Shown here piece after piece: positions 44,955-58,179 of a stretch of 64,000 bases of DNA (position 1 is its first letter; each line of letters starts with the position of its first letter). The notes under the pieces were generated by a model. That model ran no database searches. It was not told the origin of the DNA and was given only the letters and a program-made list of their open reading frames with translations. Position numbers and translations under genes: made by a program. Source of the DNA: an uncultured SAR86 cluster bacterium (lineage in GTDB: Bacteria; Pseudomonadota; Gammaproteobacteria; Magnimaribacterales; TMED112); contig CABZLG010000003.1 of assembly GCA_902526535.1 (NCBI GenBank), forward strand, positions 18,222-82,221, in the 5' to 3' direction.

Positions 44955-45567
44955 ACATTTAATTTTTTACCTACTATTAGTTTTGCTAATTTTTTCTGTA
45001 TTTTTTGCGTTTGATGTAAATGAAAAAAAGTATAAAGTACATTTTTTCACATCATATAGCTGTGATTATTGTGAAAAAGTTTTAAAAAACGCTTTTTTTC
45101 AAAGCAGTGAATTTGAAGTATTTTTAAAAAATATTTCTTGGATTAAAAAAGCTGAAAAAACAAATACTTCTCATGGAACAGAATTTTTTGTAGAAGCAAA
45201 AAAACCTCTTTTTAAAATTTCGTCTCATGTTTATTATGATGAAAATTTTAAACCATTTTTTTCGTTGAGAGAACATAACAAGATTATTCTCAATATTCAG
45301 AACAAAAATTTACCATTGAGCACAAAGCAACAAGCAATTTTAATTTCAAAATCAGATTTAAGCAAAAAAATTAAGAGTTTAAGTTTCTTCGAAACAGAAG
45401 GCTGGATATTAGATTTTGATGATTACAAAGTATTAGTGGGAAAAAAAGAACTACAAGCAAGATTAAAAAAAATAATAAAATTAACAAATAAAATAAACAA
45501 AAAAGATTTGAAGAATAAGTTTCTAGATTTAAGATACCCAAAGGGTTTTGTTATTAAAAATTTATGA
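44941..45567 (+). CDS. ftsQ: Cell division protein FtsQ (short, 208 aa)
   Basis: It has an N-terminal TM helix, a POTRA-like region and a C-terminal DLRYPKGFVIK. Position between ddl and ftsA. TTG start. Confidence 0.78.
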   Translation: MKIVKHLIFYLLLVLLIFSVFFAFDVNEKKYKVHFFTSYSCDYCEKVLKNAFFQSSEFEVFLKNISWIKKAEKTNTSHGTEFFVEAKKPLFKISSHVYYDENFKPFFSLREHNKIILNIQNKNLPLSTKQQAILISKSDLSKKIKSLSFFETEGWILDFDDYKVLVGKKELQARLKKIIKLTNKINKKDLKNKFLDLRYPKGFVIKNL

Positions 45568-46763
45568 TTTCAATTCTTGATTTAGGTACATCAAAAATTA
45601 GTGCAGCTTTAGCATCTAATGAAAATAATAAATTAAAGATTTTAGATTTTAGTACAGTGAAATCAGAGGGTTTTCAGAGCGGAACCATCGTAGATCTGAA
45701 TCTTGCTTCACAATCTATAAAAAACTGTATTTCTGAGCTTGAGTCAAAGTCTCAACAAAAAATTAAAAATTTATATGTTTCATTTTCTGATGAAAAGATA
45801 ATAGGCAACGAAACAACTGGACATTCAACAGGAAATGAGCGTGAAATTGTTATCAAGGATATGAAGCAAGCTATGAAATCCTCTACAGAATATTTAGTGC
45901 CCGAAAACATTGATCTTTTATATCCTGTTTTTAAAGATTTTGTAATCGATGGTAAGGAGGGAATTGCAGACCCAAGGGGAATGAGGGGTGTTAGATTGCA
46001 GGCAAAAACACATTTGATTTATTGTTCAAAGAATATGAAAAACAATATCAAACAATGTGTTGAAGAGAGAAACAATTTGAAAATTCAAAAATATTTCTTT
46101 AGCCAACTTGGCTCTGCTGATTGCACTTTATCAAATGATCAAAAAAATTTGGGAGTATGTTTGATTGATATTGGTGCTGGAACAACAGATATTACCGTTT
46201 ATAAATCTGGAAAGATAATATTTTCAAAAGTTTTTGATAGAGGTGGGGATTATTTAACAGACAGAATAGCCTTTCATCTCGAGATACCAACAGATAAGGC
46301 TGAAGAAATGAAACTTAAGCATGGTACAGCCCTAGAAAATCAAGCCAGTAATGAAATTCTAAAAGTTGGAAATCTTAATGATGGCATCCAAAAAGAAATC
46401 TCTCGGAGAGATCTTGCAAAGGTAATTGAAACGCACCTATCTCTTTTATTTCGTGAATGTTTAAGAATTGTTCAAGATGGTGGGTTCGATGACAAAATTC
46501 CTGCTGGCTTTGTTTTTACAGGTGGCACTTCAAACCTTGATGGAATTCAGGAGTTAGGTAAAGAAATAATGCAAAAGAATGTAAAAATTGGATCACCTGA
46601 ATATAATATTCCGGAAATATCTGAGAGTTTACTTAAGCCTCAATATTCTTCTTTTGTTGGGATGTTAAATTTTTGTGTAAAAGAAGAGAATAAACACTTT
46701 AAATTTAATAGTAGCGAGGGTATGATAGACCAGATTCGTGGCTGGTTAGGTCTAGAAATGTGA
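45564..46763 (+). CDS. ftsA: Cell division protein FtsA
   Basis: 399 aa actin-like ATPase with LDLGTSKI, DIGAGTTDITVY and TGGTSNLDGI. Confidence 0.94.
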   Translation: MISILDLGTSKISAALASNENNKLKILDFSTVKSEGFQSGTIVDLNLASQSIKNCISELESKSQQKIKNLYVSFSDEKIIGNETTGHSTGNEREIVIKDMKQAMKSSTEYLVPENIDLLYPVFKDFVIDGKEGIADPRGMRGVRLQAKTHLIYCSKNMKNNIKQCVEERNNLKIQKYFFSQLGSADCTLSNDQKNLGVCLIDIGAGTTDITVYKSGKIIFSKVFDRGGDYLTDRIAFHLEIPTDKAEEMKLKHGTALENQASNEILKVGNLNDGIQKEISRRDLAKVIETHLSLLFRECLRIVQDGGFDDKIPAGFVFTGGTSNLDGIQELGKEIMQKNVKIGSPEYNIPEISESLLKPQYSSFVGMLNFCVKEENKHFKFNSSEGMIDQIRGWLGLEM

Positions 46764-47047
46764 TGCAAAATTATGAGTTAATGTTACTTCTCAATCCCAA
46801 TACAGTGGATGAAGTTGATGTTTTCCTGGCATCACTTGAAAAGATCATTAAAGAAAACAAAGGAAATCTTGTTAATACAAAACTTTTAGGGAAAAGACAG
46901 TTGGCTTATCCAATAAATAATATGAATTATGCTAACTATGTGCACTTAGATGTTGAATTAAAAACGGGGACCCTTGAAGTTCTTGAAGAAAAATTTAAAT
47001 TTGACCAAAACGTCTTTAGGCATTTAACAGTTAAGGTTGATCAATAG
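46760..47047 (+). CDS. rpsF: 30S ribosomal protein S6
   Basis: 95 aa with [10 protein letters not shown] and [10 protein letters not shown]. The start (GTG 46760 or ATG 46763) overlaps the ftsA stop. Confidence 0.93.
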   Translation: MMQNYELMLLLNPNTVDEVDVFLASLEKIIKENKGNLVNTKLLGKRQLAYPINNMNYANYVHLDVELKTGTLEVLEEKFKFDQNVFRHLTVKVDQ

Positions 47048-47253
47048 TGAGCGAAGAAAAGAAAAGAGTTATTGATTACAAAGATCCTGATGCATTAAAA
47101 GCATTTATTTCTGAGAACGGCAAAATCAACTCATCAAGATACACAAGACTTTCAGCAAAAGAACAAAGAAAACTAAATAAAGCAGTAAAAAGAGCCAGAT
47201 TGTTAGGGCTACTTCCCTTTACGGATAAGCACAAGACAGAGGAAAAGAAATGA
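47047..47253 (+). CDS. rpsR: 30S ribosomal protein S18
   Basis: 68 aa with IDYKD and [27 protein letters not shown] start. No priB lies between rpsF and rpsR. Confidence 0.93.
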   Translation: MSEEKKRVIDYKDPDALKAFISENGKINSSRYTRLSAKEQRKLNKAVKRARLLGLLPFTDKHKTEEKK

Positions 47254-47699
47254 AAGTTGTCTTAGTAACTAAAATTAAAAATCTAGGAGAAATTGGCGAT
47301 GTTGTAAATGTTAAATCAGGGTTTGCAAGAAATTTTTTACTTCCATATCATAAAGCTCTCCCCGCCACAGATAAATACATAGAACAATTCGAAAAAGATA
47401 AAGAAAAATACCTAAAACAAGCAAATGATGAATACTCATTGGCCGAAGCAAATGCTTTAAAGTTAGAGAAGGTAAATCTTGAAATCACTGCTAACGCTCA
47501 AGAAAGTGGTGCTCTTTTTGGTTCAGTAGGCGTATCAGATATTTTAAGTGAACTTCATGAAAAAGGTTTAGATTTTTTAAACAAATCAAATATTATTTTA
47601 ACCACAGGACCAATAAAAGAAGTCGGTGAATTTGAAGTAAACGTTGAACTTCATCCAGAAATAGTTAAATCTATATCTATTGAAGTAAAATCAACGTAA
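47250..47699 (+). CDS. rplI: 50S ribosomal protein L9
   Basis: 149 aa with [32 protein letters not shown]. Confidence 0.95.
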   Translation: MKVVLVTKIKNLGEIGDVVNVKSGFARNFLLPYHKALPATDKYIEQFEKDKEKYLKQANDEYSLAEANALKLEKVNLEITANAQESGALFGSVGVSDILSELHEKGLDFLNKSNIILTTGPIKEVGEFEVNVELHPEIVKSISIEVKST

Positions 47700-49066
47700 T
47701 GCCAAGTAATAATATTGAAATTGAACAAGCAGTACTAGGCTCTTTATTGCTGAATGTGAATGCTTATCCAGAAGTCGACGCAAAATTATCTGCTGAAGAT
47801 TTTGTCTCAGAGGTTCACTCAGACATTTATAAGTGTATAAAATTCCTTGCAGAAAGTGGGAAAGGAACAGATTATATAAGTGTTTCAAGAGAATTAGATA
47901 GAAATAATTTATTAGAAAGGATTGGAGGGGTTGATTATTTAAAAGCACTTCAGGACACACCTGTGACTGCAAGAAATGCAGAAAATTATGCAGAGTCAGT
48001 GAAGTCACAATCTCTTGATAGAAAATTTAAAATAGTACTTCAACAGCTGCTCAAAATTTCCGAGAATCCAGATGGCAAATCAAGTAATGAGATTTTAGAG
48101 GAAGCTGAGACAAAAATTTTTGATTTAGCACAAAACAGAATAAATAACGAAACCATGAGACCAATTGATGAGTTGGTGGGTGTTTCTATGGACAAAATTG
48201 AGGACTTAATGTCAAAAGATGGTGATTTGGTAGGTCATTCATATGGTTATAAAGATCTTGATGCACTTACTCTAGGATTGAAGGACGAGGAGTTGATAAT
48301 TATAGCAGGAAGGCCAAGCATGGGGAAAACCTCACTTGGAATGAATATAGCTGAACATGTTGCAATGAATGAAGAAGGATGTGTATTAGTCTTTAGTTTG
48401 GAAATGTCAGCAGAATCTCTTACAGCAAGAATGTTGGGTTCTAGAGCTGGAGTTTCCATGAAAAATGTATATTCGGGAACAATATCTGATCAACAACTTG
48501 AAAAGCTGACTAGAATGGGGGATGAGCTCTCAAAAAGCAATTTATTAATAGACGATGCAGGAAATATTACTCCTCCAGAAATTAGAGCAAAATGTAGAAA
48601 AGTTATGAGATCTTTTCGGGAAAAAGGTGGAATAAAGCTTGTATTAATAGACTACATACAATTGATGCAAATGCCAGGTCGAAATGATAGTAGAGTGAAT
48701 GAGCTGTCAGATATTTCAAGAGCTCTAAAACATTTGTCCAAGGAATTGAAGTGTCCAGTCATTGTTCTTTCACAGTTAAATAGAAACGTTGATGCCAGAG
48801 AAAATAAACGCCCAAGAATGTCTGACTTGAGAGATTCAGGAGCAATTGAACAAGACGCAGATTTAATTTACATGCTGTACAGACAATGGGTTTATCAGAA
48901 AGAAGAAGAATATAGAAATGTTGCAGAAATAAATTTAGTCAAACATAGAAACGGACCAATTGAAAATGTTCTTTTATCTTTTGAAGAGAGCAATACTAGA
49001 TTTGCAGAGCTTCACCCATCTGCAAAAAAAGATTACAGAGACTGGTTAAAAGCTGAATCTGATTGA
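47699..49066 (+). CDS. dnaB: Replicative DNA helicase DnaB
   Basis: 455 aa with the N-terminal domain (EQAVLGSLL), Walker A GRPSMGKTSLGMN, IDYIQLM and SQLNR. Confidence 0.97.
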   Translation: MPSNNIEIEQAVLGSLLLNVNAYPEVDAKLSAEDFVSEVHSDIYKCIKFLAESGKGTDYISVSRELDRNNLLERIGGVDYLKALQDTPVTARNAENYAESVKSQSLDRKFKIVLQQLLKISENPDGKSSNEILEEAETKIFDLAQNRINNETMRPIDELVGVSMDKIEDLMSKDGDLVGHSYGYKDLDALTLGLKDEELIIIAGRPSMGKTSLGMNIAEHVAMNEEGCVLVFSLEMSAESLTARMLGSRAGVSMKNVYSGTISDQQLEKLTRMGDELSKSNLLIDDAGNITPPEIRAKCRKVMRSFREKGGIKLVLIDYIQLMQMPGRNDSRVNELSDISRALKHLSKELKCPVIVLSQLNRNVDARENKRPRMSDLRDSGAIEQDADLIYMLYRQWVYQKEEEYRNVAEINLVKHRNGPIENVLLSFEESNTRFAELHPSAKKDYRDWLKAESD

Positions 49067-50115
49067 AATCTAAAATGCGTGATACTGAACTGCAAGTTAA
49101 TTTGAATAATCTCAGTCATAATATAAAAATTGTTAAAGAAAAAACAACTTCAGAGATACAAGGGGTTTTAAAAGCTTTTTCTTATGGTCTAGAAATTAAT
49201 GAAGTGGTAGATGTGATTGATGAGCATGTCTCTTGCTACTCTGTAATGTCTATAGATGAAGCCATTTTAGTAAGAAATAAAAGTTCCAAGCCAATTCTTT
49301 TGCTGCAGGGGGTATATGACTTAGATGAATATAAAGAGGTTTTAAAATACGATTTAGATGTTTTAATTCATTCAGACTGGCAGCTGAAAGACCTTGACGA
49401 GCGATTAAAGAATAATAGACTTTGGTTAAAGCTTAATACAGGTTTAAATAGGTTGGGCTTTAATGCAGAAAAATTTGAAAATACAATAGAGTTTTTGGAG
49501 AAAAAAGGTTTTAGTAACCTTGTATTAATGTCACATTTTGCATGTGCCGATGAGAAAGGACACTCATTAAACGACGAACAACTTCAACTATTTGAAGAGG
49601 TAACAAAAAAATTTAGTTACAAAAAAAGTCTTGCAAATTCTGGGGCTGTCTTTAATTATCCAAAATCACATTATGATATCGTGAGACCAGGTATTTCAGT
49701 TTATGGTGGTGGTTTTTATGAACATGGGATTAAACCTGTTACAAATTTCAGATCAAAGATAATTTCAATAAGAAATGTAAAAAAAGGGGACTCTGTTGGA
49801 TATGAAGCAAGCTGGATAGCAGATAAGGACTCATTAGTGGCAGTAATATCGCTTGGATACGCCGATGGATATCCATTAATCTACAAAGACGTCCCAGTTT
49901 TTGTGAATGAAAAACAATTCCATACAATTGGGAGAACAAGCATGGATATGGTTTGTGTTAATTTAGGCGATGATTCTTCTGTAAAAGTAGGTGATTGGGT
50001 AGAGATGTGGAACTTCAAAACCCCACTGAATACACTAGCTAAGAGCATAAATACAATTTCATACCAATTATTAACAAATATCTCAAGAAGAGTTCCAAAA
50101 AATTATTTAGAATAG
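49063..50115 (+). CDS. alr: Alanine racemase
   Basis: 350 aa with the PLP-Lys region GVLKAFSYG, RPGISVYG and SLGYADGYP. It follows dnaB as in many gammaproteobacteria. Confidence 0.85.
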   Translation: MKSKMRDTELQVNLNNLSHNIKIVKEKTTSEIQGVLKAFSYGLEINEVVDVIDEHVSCYSVMSIDEAILVRNKSSKPILLLQGVYDLDEYKEVLKYDLDVLIHSDWQLKDLDERLKNNRLWLKLNTGLNRLGFNAEKFENTIEFLEKKGFSNLVLMSHFACADEKGHSLNDEQLQLFEEVTKKFSYKKSLANSGAVFNYPKSHYDIVRPGISVYGGGFYEHGIKPVTNFRSKIISIRNVKKGDSVGYEASWIADKDSLVAVISLGYADGYPLIYKDVPVFVNEKQFHTIGRTSMDMVCVNLGDDSSVKVGDWVEMWNFKTPLNTLAKSINTISYQLLTNISRRVPKNYLE

Positions 50116-50131
50116 TCACTTAATTTATTAA

Positions 50132-52580
<2,449 letters not shown>

Positions 52581-52584
<4 letters not shown>

Positions 52585-53849
52585 TGATTAAGATCAAATC
52601 AATTGATGCAATTGAGATACTTGACTCAAGAGGTGTTCCCTCAATTCATACATCTGTGGTTTTAAATTCAGGACATAAAGGAGATGCAATGATTCCTAGT
52701 GGAGCTTCAACAGGAAAAAAAGAGGCATTTGAACTTAGGGACAATGATGAGAGATTTGATGGAAAGGGCACTAAAAAAGCAATTGAAAATATTAAAAATT
52801 TAATACAACCTGCTTTAATGGGCAAACCAATTGAGGATCAAAAAGAATTAGATCAAATAATGATTGATCTTGATGGCACAAAGCAAAAGAAAAAAATAGG
52901 TGCAAATTCGATCCTTTCAGTTTCTCTCGCTTGTACAAGAGCTGCTGCAAATGCAATGAAACTTCCTCTCTATGACTATATACGTATTCTTTTTGATTCA
53001 AAATCAAATGAAAGTTCGACCCTCTCAATGCCTAGGCCAATGCTTAACATTTTTAATGGTGGAGCCCATTCAAATAATAAGATAGATATACAAGAATTTA
53101 TGATTATGCCTTCTGACGATGTAAGTTTTTCTGACGGATTAAAAAAATGTGTACAAGTTTACACATCATTAAAAAGACTGCTTTCATCTAAAGGTTGGAG
53201 TACAAATGTTGGAGATGAGGGTGGTTTCGCTCCTAATCTTGACTCAAATGAAGAAGTCATAGAGTACCTTATAAAAGCAATTAAAAGTGCAAATTTTTCA
53301 TACGGCAAAGATATTTTTATCTCTTTAGATTGTGCTGCTTCAGAATTTTTTGATGGAAAAAATTATATTTTAAATGCCACTAATGAAACTTTTTCGTCAG
53401 ATGGTTTGATTGATTACTATGTCAAACTTATCAAAAAATTTGATATTAAATCAATTGAAGATCCATTACATGAAGATGATTGGGAAGGATGGATTAAATT
53501 AACAAGAGAACTAAATGGAGTACAAATAGTTGGAGATGATATTTTTGTAACTCAGAGAGATTTGTTAAAAAAAGGAATAGACTCGCGCGCAGGAAATGCA
53601 ATTCTCATAAAGCCCAATCAAGTAGGAACTCTCACCGAGAGTTTAGATAGTATTCAAATTGCAAAAGAAAACGGATTTAATACTATCATTTCACATAGGT
53701 CTGGAGAAACTGAAGATTCATTTATAGCTGATCTTGCTGTTGGGGTAGATGCAAAGCAAATAAAGACAGGCGCTCCATCTAGATCAGATAGAAACTCAAA
53801 ATACAATAGACTACTTATTATTGAAAATGAGCTCTACCCAAAAAAATAG
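52581..53849 (+). CDS. eno: Enolase
   Basis: 422 aa with EILDSRG, GASTG and SHRSGETEDSFIADLAV. Confidence 0.97.
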
Positions 53850-54138
53850 AATAAATAGTTTTATAACAGCAATTGGAATAATTTTTTTATTAATTATTAT
53901 TGCCTTTATTTTGCATGATATTTTATTAGGAACTTACAGCATAAATTCAAATAATAAAATCTCTAATGTTGTCATTTCAAAAGAAAGGGAGCTAACTAAA
54001 ATTAATAATGAAAATACCAAACTTATAGAAAAAATTGACTCTGTCAAAAATGATGAAAGTTATGTAGAAAATATAGCTCGTGAAGAGTTTGGATTAATAA
54101 AAGAAGGTGAGGAGTATTTTGAAATCGAACCAGAATAA
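53821..54138 (+). CDS. ftsB: Cell division protein FtsB
   Basis: About 100 aa bitopic coiled-coil protein with a C-terminal ENIAREEFGLIKEGEEYF (FtsB/DivIC motif). It follows eno. Confidence 0.85.
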   Translation: MKMSSTQKNRINSFITAIGIIFLLIIIAFILHDILLGTYSINSNNKISNVVISKERELTKINNENTKLIEKIDSVKNDESYVENIAREEFGLIKEGEEYFEIEPE

Positions 54139-55276
54139 TCACAAAATTTCATTAATCATTGCAGCTGCCGGTCTGGGAACAAGATTTAGTTCTGAAAAGC
54201 CAAAACAGTACTTCAAAATTGATAATCAAACAATTCTTGAAAAGACATTGAGTATCTTTAGAAATATCTCTGAAATCAAAAAAATTATTATTCCACTCCA
54301 TAAAAATGATAAAGAATTTAAACAATTAGATCTGCCAGATGACCTCAATATAGTTACAGTTACAGGAGGTGAAACAAGAGCAGAATCAGTAATACAAGCT
54401 CTTAAGTTAATTAATGAAGATGATTATGTAATAGTACATGATGCAGTAAGGCCATTTATAGATGAGAGCGATATTCACTTTTTAATTGAACAATTTGAAA
54501 ATCAAAATGAGGATTGTTTAGTTTATGGACTGCCTGTATATGAATCATTAAAAAATATTAATCGAGAAACTTTATTTGTTAAAAAAAGTGTAGATAGAAA
54601 TGATTTTTATCTTGCTCAAACTCCACAGATTGCAAAAGCAAAATTATTAGAATCATCGCTTGAGATTTGTCTGAAAGAAAATTTCATTCCTAGCGATGAA
54701 TCAGAAGCAATTGAACATTCAGGAGGTACTGTCAGATTTATTCCTGGAAAGCGTAAAAATATAAAAGTTACAGTTTTTGAAGATGTAAGGAACTTTAATA
54801 AACTACAAGAAAAAGTTGGTTTAGGTTTTGACAGTCATAGATTTAAAGAGGGTGAATATTTAATTCTTGGTGGAATAAAAGTTCCTTTCAATAAAAGTTT
54901 CGATGCCCACTCTGATGGAGATATAATTTTTCATTCAATAGTTGATGCCATGCTTGGCTCAATTGGGGATGGAGATATTGGAAAACATTTTCCAAATACT
55001 CCTGAATGGCAAGATGTTGAAGGATGTAAACTTTTTGAAATTACAAATAATCTACTTGCAAAAAAAGGCTTTAAAATAATTCAAGTTGATATAGTTGTGA
55101 TACTCGAGAAGCCAAAGCTCAATAAATATAGGGCTAAAATTATAAAAAACTTAAGTAAAATTCTTAAACTAAACGAGGAAAATATTGGTTTAAAAGCAAA
55201 AACTTCAGAAAAAATGGGTTTTATAGGTAATAATGATGGTGCAGCTGCACAAACAATTATAAAAATCTCAAGGTGA
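54107..55276 (+). CDS. ispDF: Bifunctional IspD/IspF (MEP cytidylyltransferase fused to MEcPP synthase)
   Basis: 389 aa in a single ORF. The N-half has AAAGLGTRF, VHDAVRPF and AQTPQ (IspD). The C-half has GLGFDSHRF..HSDGDIIFHSIVDAMLGS..GDIGKHFP..EKPKL (IspF). No stop or frame change lies between the halves. Confidence 0.93.
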   Translation: MRSILKSNQNNHKISLIIAAAGLGTRFSSEKPKQYFKIDNQTILEKTLSIFRNISEIKKIIIPLHKNDKEFKQLDLPDDLNIVTVTGGETRAESVIQALKLINEDDYVIVHDAVRPFIDESDIHFLIEQFENQNEDCLVYGLPVYESLKNINRETLFVKKSVDRNDFYLAQTPQIAKAKLLESSLEICLKENFIPSDESEAIEHSGGTVRFIPGKRKNIKVTVFEDVRNFNKLQEKVGLGFDSHRFKEGEYLILGGIKVPFNKSFDAHSDGDIIFHSIVDAMLGSIGDGDIGKHFPNTPEWQDVEGCKLFEITNNLLAKKGFKIIQVDIVVILEKPKLNKYRAKIIKNLSKILKLNEENIGLKAKTSEKMGFIGNNDGAAAQTIIKISR

Positions 55277-56019
55277 ATATTCTTTTAACAAACGATGATG
55301 GAGTCGATTCAGATATTACTTTAAGATTATTGAAGGCTCTTGAAGACGATGGCCATTGTGTAACATTAATTGCACCATCAAAAGATAAGAGCGGACAGGG
55401 TGCTGCTATAACTCTTAGATCTGATGTAAAAATTCAAAAACTTTCTGACAACATCTATTCTGTTGATGGAACGCCAGCTGATTGTGTCTTCATGGGTCTG
55501 ATGGCTATTTTAGAACAAATTCCAGATATTGTAATTTCCGGCATTAATAGAGGGGCAAACATGGGAGATGATGTTATTCATTCAGGCACTCTTGGTGCAG
55601 CTTTCACTGCTAGAAAACTGCACTATCCACCTTTGGCAATTTCTATTGCAGGAAAATCCTTTGAGGAATATGAATCATCTATACTTGCCACAAAAATGAT
55701 GCTTAAACAAATAGTTGAGAACTATAAAGATAAGCCGAATGATGGTGTTGTTATAAATATGAATGTACCAAATATAAAATTCAATGAAATCGAAGGCTTT
55801 AAGCTTACTAAACTTGGAAATAGGGGAGTGCCTCTTGCACCAGAATTTAAAGGTAATGAAAATTCAATAAGTTATAAAATTGGAAAATCAGGGCCTCCTG
55901 CTGGAAATCTTGAGGGCACAGATTTCGATGCAATTAAAACGAACTATATTTCCGTAACTCCTTTATTTTGGGATATGACTAGCCTTTCAAAATTTAGAGG
56001 AAAACTTCCAGGTGTATAA
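55273..56019 (+). CDS. surE: 5'/3'-nucleotidase SurE
   Basis: 248 aa with MNILLTNDDGVDS, GTPADCV, SGINRGAN and HSGTLGAA. Confidence 0.95.
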   Translation: MNILLTNDDGVDSDITLRLLKALEDDGHCVTLIAPSKDKSGQGAAITLRSDVKIQKLSDNIYSVDGTPADCVFMGLMAILEQIPDIVISGINRGANMGDDVIHSGTLGAAFTARKLHYPPLAISIAGKSFEEYESSILATKMMLKQIVENYKDKPNDGVVINMNVPNIKFNEIEGFKLTKLGNRGVPLAPEFKGNENSISYKIGKSGPPAGNLEGTDFDAIKTNYISVTPLFWDMTSLSKFRGKLPGV

Positions 56020-56764
56020 ATTTTTTTACAGATTTATATCCGGTTTTTTTATGGGGTTGGCTGAAATCACTCCTGGCATTTCTGGGGCAACTATAGCTGG
56101 TTTATTCAATGTTTATAATGAATTTGTAAAAATAATATCTTTTTTTAGCCCTTCTCAATTCATATTTTCTTTTGAAAAAATAAGAGAAAAAATCAATCTG
56201 GGGTTTTTAGTTCCTCTGATTTTAGGCATGTTTAACGCAATTTTTTTAGCTGTAAACTTAATTAATTATTTAATTACAAATTTTTTATACGAATTTAAAA
56301 TCCTTCTTTCTATTATTATGATTTTAGCTGTATTAAAAAATTGTCTATTAGATCAAAAGTTAATTGTCTCGGGAAAATTTCCATTTCACTTTTTGTTTGG
56401 AATTTTAATTGCATTCTGCATAAGCCTAACTTTAATTGAATTTTCTTATTCAAATTTTGCCTCTCCGTTAAAAATCCTTTTTTTAGTTTTTGCAGGATTT
56501 TTAAGTTTTGCAGCATTTATACTTCCAGGAATTTCCGGCTCATTAGTTTTAGTTCTTCTGGGTGTTTATCAAGAAGTGATAATTTCATTAAAGAATTTTG
56601 ATTTTTTATATCTTTCTCCACTAATACTTGGGCTACTGATATCATTTTTAATTGTTCCAAATGAAATTATTAAAGGTTTTAAAAAAAATGAAAATTCATT
56701 AAGGGTATTTTTTTCTGGTTTGATTTCTGGATCAATTCCTTCTGTATGGTTACATTTAAACTAA
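56012..56764 (+). CDS. DUF368-family polytopic membrane protein (family recently linked to undecaprenyl-phosphate recycling)
   Basis: 250 aa with two copies of the family motif ([14 protein letters not shown] and [16 protein letters not shown]) in a repeated multi-TM architecture. Confidence 0.75.
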   Translation: MYKFFYRFISGFFMGLAEITPGISGATIAGLFNVYNEFVKIISFFSPSQFIFSFEKIREKINLGFLVPLILGMFNAIFLAVNLINYLITNFLYEFKILLSIIMILAVLKNCLLDQKLIVSGKFPFHFLFGILIAFCISLTLIEFSYSNFASPLKILFLVFAGFLSFAAFILPGISGSLVLVLLGVYQEVIISLKNFDFLYLSPLILGLLISFLIVPNEIIKGFKKNENSLRVFFSGLISGSIPSVWLHLN

Positions 56765-57087
56765 TCTTTCTTTAAAAGATCAATTTTATTTTTTATAGAA
56801 CTGAATTTTGTAGCCTCTGGTAAAGCCTCTTTTTTTTGCGTTATATTTGGCCAAACCGCAGACAAATCGTCATTTATTTCAACAAAATGTATTTGATCTT
56901 GTGGCAATTCATCTTCCGCGTAAATAGCATTTTCAGGACACTCTGGTTCACAAAGACCACAATCTATACATTCATTTGGATTTATTACCAAGAAATTTGG
57001 ACCCTCATAGAAGCAATCTACAGGACAAACTTCTACACAATCAGTGTGCTTGCACTGTATACATGATTCAGTAACTATAAATGCCAT
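56761..57087 (-). CDS. fdxA: 7Fe ferredoxin ([3Fe-4S][4Fe-4S], FdxA type)
   Basis: 108 aa with [18 protein letters not shown] and [12 protein letters not shown]. Confidence 0.93.
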   Translation of the reverse strand: MAFIVTESCIQCKHTDCVEVCPVDCFYEGPNFLVINPNECIDCGLCEPECPENAIYAEDELPQDQIHFVEINDDLSAVWPNITQKKEALPEATKFSSIKNKIDLLKKD

Positions 57088-57170
57088 TTCAGTATTTTAC
57101 TTGATATTGACTCTTTTAAAAAAATAAAGAAAAAAGTGCTTTTTTTCTTGATTAATTAATAAAAAATAAG

Positions 57171-57190
57171 TACTGTATATATATACACTA
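57171..57190. promoter_or_regulatory. LexA (SOS) box upstream of recA
   Basis: TACTGTATATATATACACTA matches the gammaproteobacterial consensus TACTGT-N8-ACAGTA with one mismatch in the right core (ACAC instead of ACAG). It ends 12 nt before the recA ATG, immediately before the GAGGA Shine-Dalgarno sequence. Confidence 0.7.
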
Positions 57191-57202
57191 TTGAGGAAAA
57201 AT

Positions 57203-58177
57203 ATGTCAGATAATAAAAAAACGTCGTTAGAAGCAGCACTTAAGCAAATTGAAAAAGATTTTGGCGAAGGAACTATTATGAAGCTTGGAACAAGGGATAC
57301 TGTTGAAGTTCCGTCTATTTCAACAGGTTCTTTTGGTTTAGACAAAGCTTTGGGTATTAACGGCTTGCCTAAAGGTAGAGTAGTTGAAATATATGGTCCA
57401 GAATCCTCTGGAAAGACAACTCTTACACTTCAAATAATAGCAGAATGTCAAAAAGCAGGTGGAACTGCTGCATTTATTGATGCAGAGCATGCATTAGATC
57501 CAGAATATGCTAAAGCCTTAGGTGTTGATATTGACGAACTGCTTCTTTCACAACCTGATACAGGTGAACAAGCCTTAGAAGTTACTGACATGTTAGTTGA
57601 AAGTGGAGGGCTCGATGTGATAGTTGTCGATAGTGTTGCAGCTTTAGTCCCAAGAGCCGAATTAGAGGGAAATATGGGTGATTCACATGTTGGATTGCAA
57701 GCAAGATTGATGTCACAAGCACTAAGAAAGATTACTGGTAGCATCCAGAAAAAAAATACGCTTGTTATATTTATCAATCAAATAAGGATGAAAATTGGAG
57801 TAATGTTTGGTAGCCCTGAAACAACTACTGGAGGAAATGCATTGAAATTCTATTCAAGTGTAAGATTGGATATTAGAAGAATTGGTGCAATTAAAGATGG
57901 CGATGAGGTTATCGGAAATGAAACAAGAGTAAAAGTCGTCAAGAATAAAATGGCACCTCCATTCAAAATAGCAGAATTTCAGATTCTTTATGGGAAGGGC
58001 ATAAATAGAAAAGCTGAAATTATAGAATATGCAGTTCAAAAAGGAATAGTTGAAAAGGCTGGATCATGGTATAGCTATAATGGTGATAAGATTGGCCAAG
58101 GAATGTCTAAAGTAATAGAATTTCTTGATGAAAATCCTAATATATTTACCGATATAGAAAAAGTTTTATCTGAATAA
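57203..58177 (+). CDS. recA: Recombinase RecA
   Basis: ORF track 57191..58177. The ATG at 57203 is preceded by GAGGA. It has Walker [19 protein letters not shown] and the [26 protein letters not shown] loop region. Confidence 0.98.
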   Translation: MSDNKKTSLEAALKQIEKDFGEGTIMKLGTRDTVEVPSISTGSFGLDKALGINGLPKGRVVEIYGPESSGKTTLTLQIIAECQKAGGTAAFIDAEHALDPEYAKALGVDIDELLLSQPDTGEQALEVTDMLVESGGLDVIVVDSVAALVPRAELEGNMGDSHVGLQARLMSQALRKITGSIQKKNTLVIFINQIRMKIGVMFGSPETTTGGNALKFYSSVRLDIRRIGAIKDGDEVIGNETRVKVVKNKMAPPFKIAEFQILYGKGINRKAEIIEYAVQKGIVEKAGSWYSYNGDKIGQGMSKVIEFLDENPNIFTDIEKVLSE

Positions 58178-58179
58178 TA

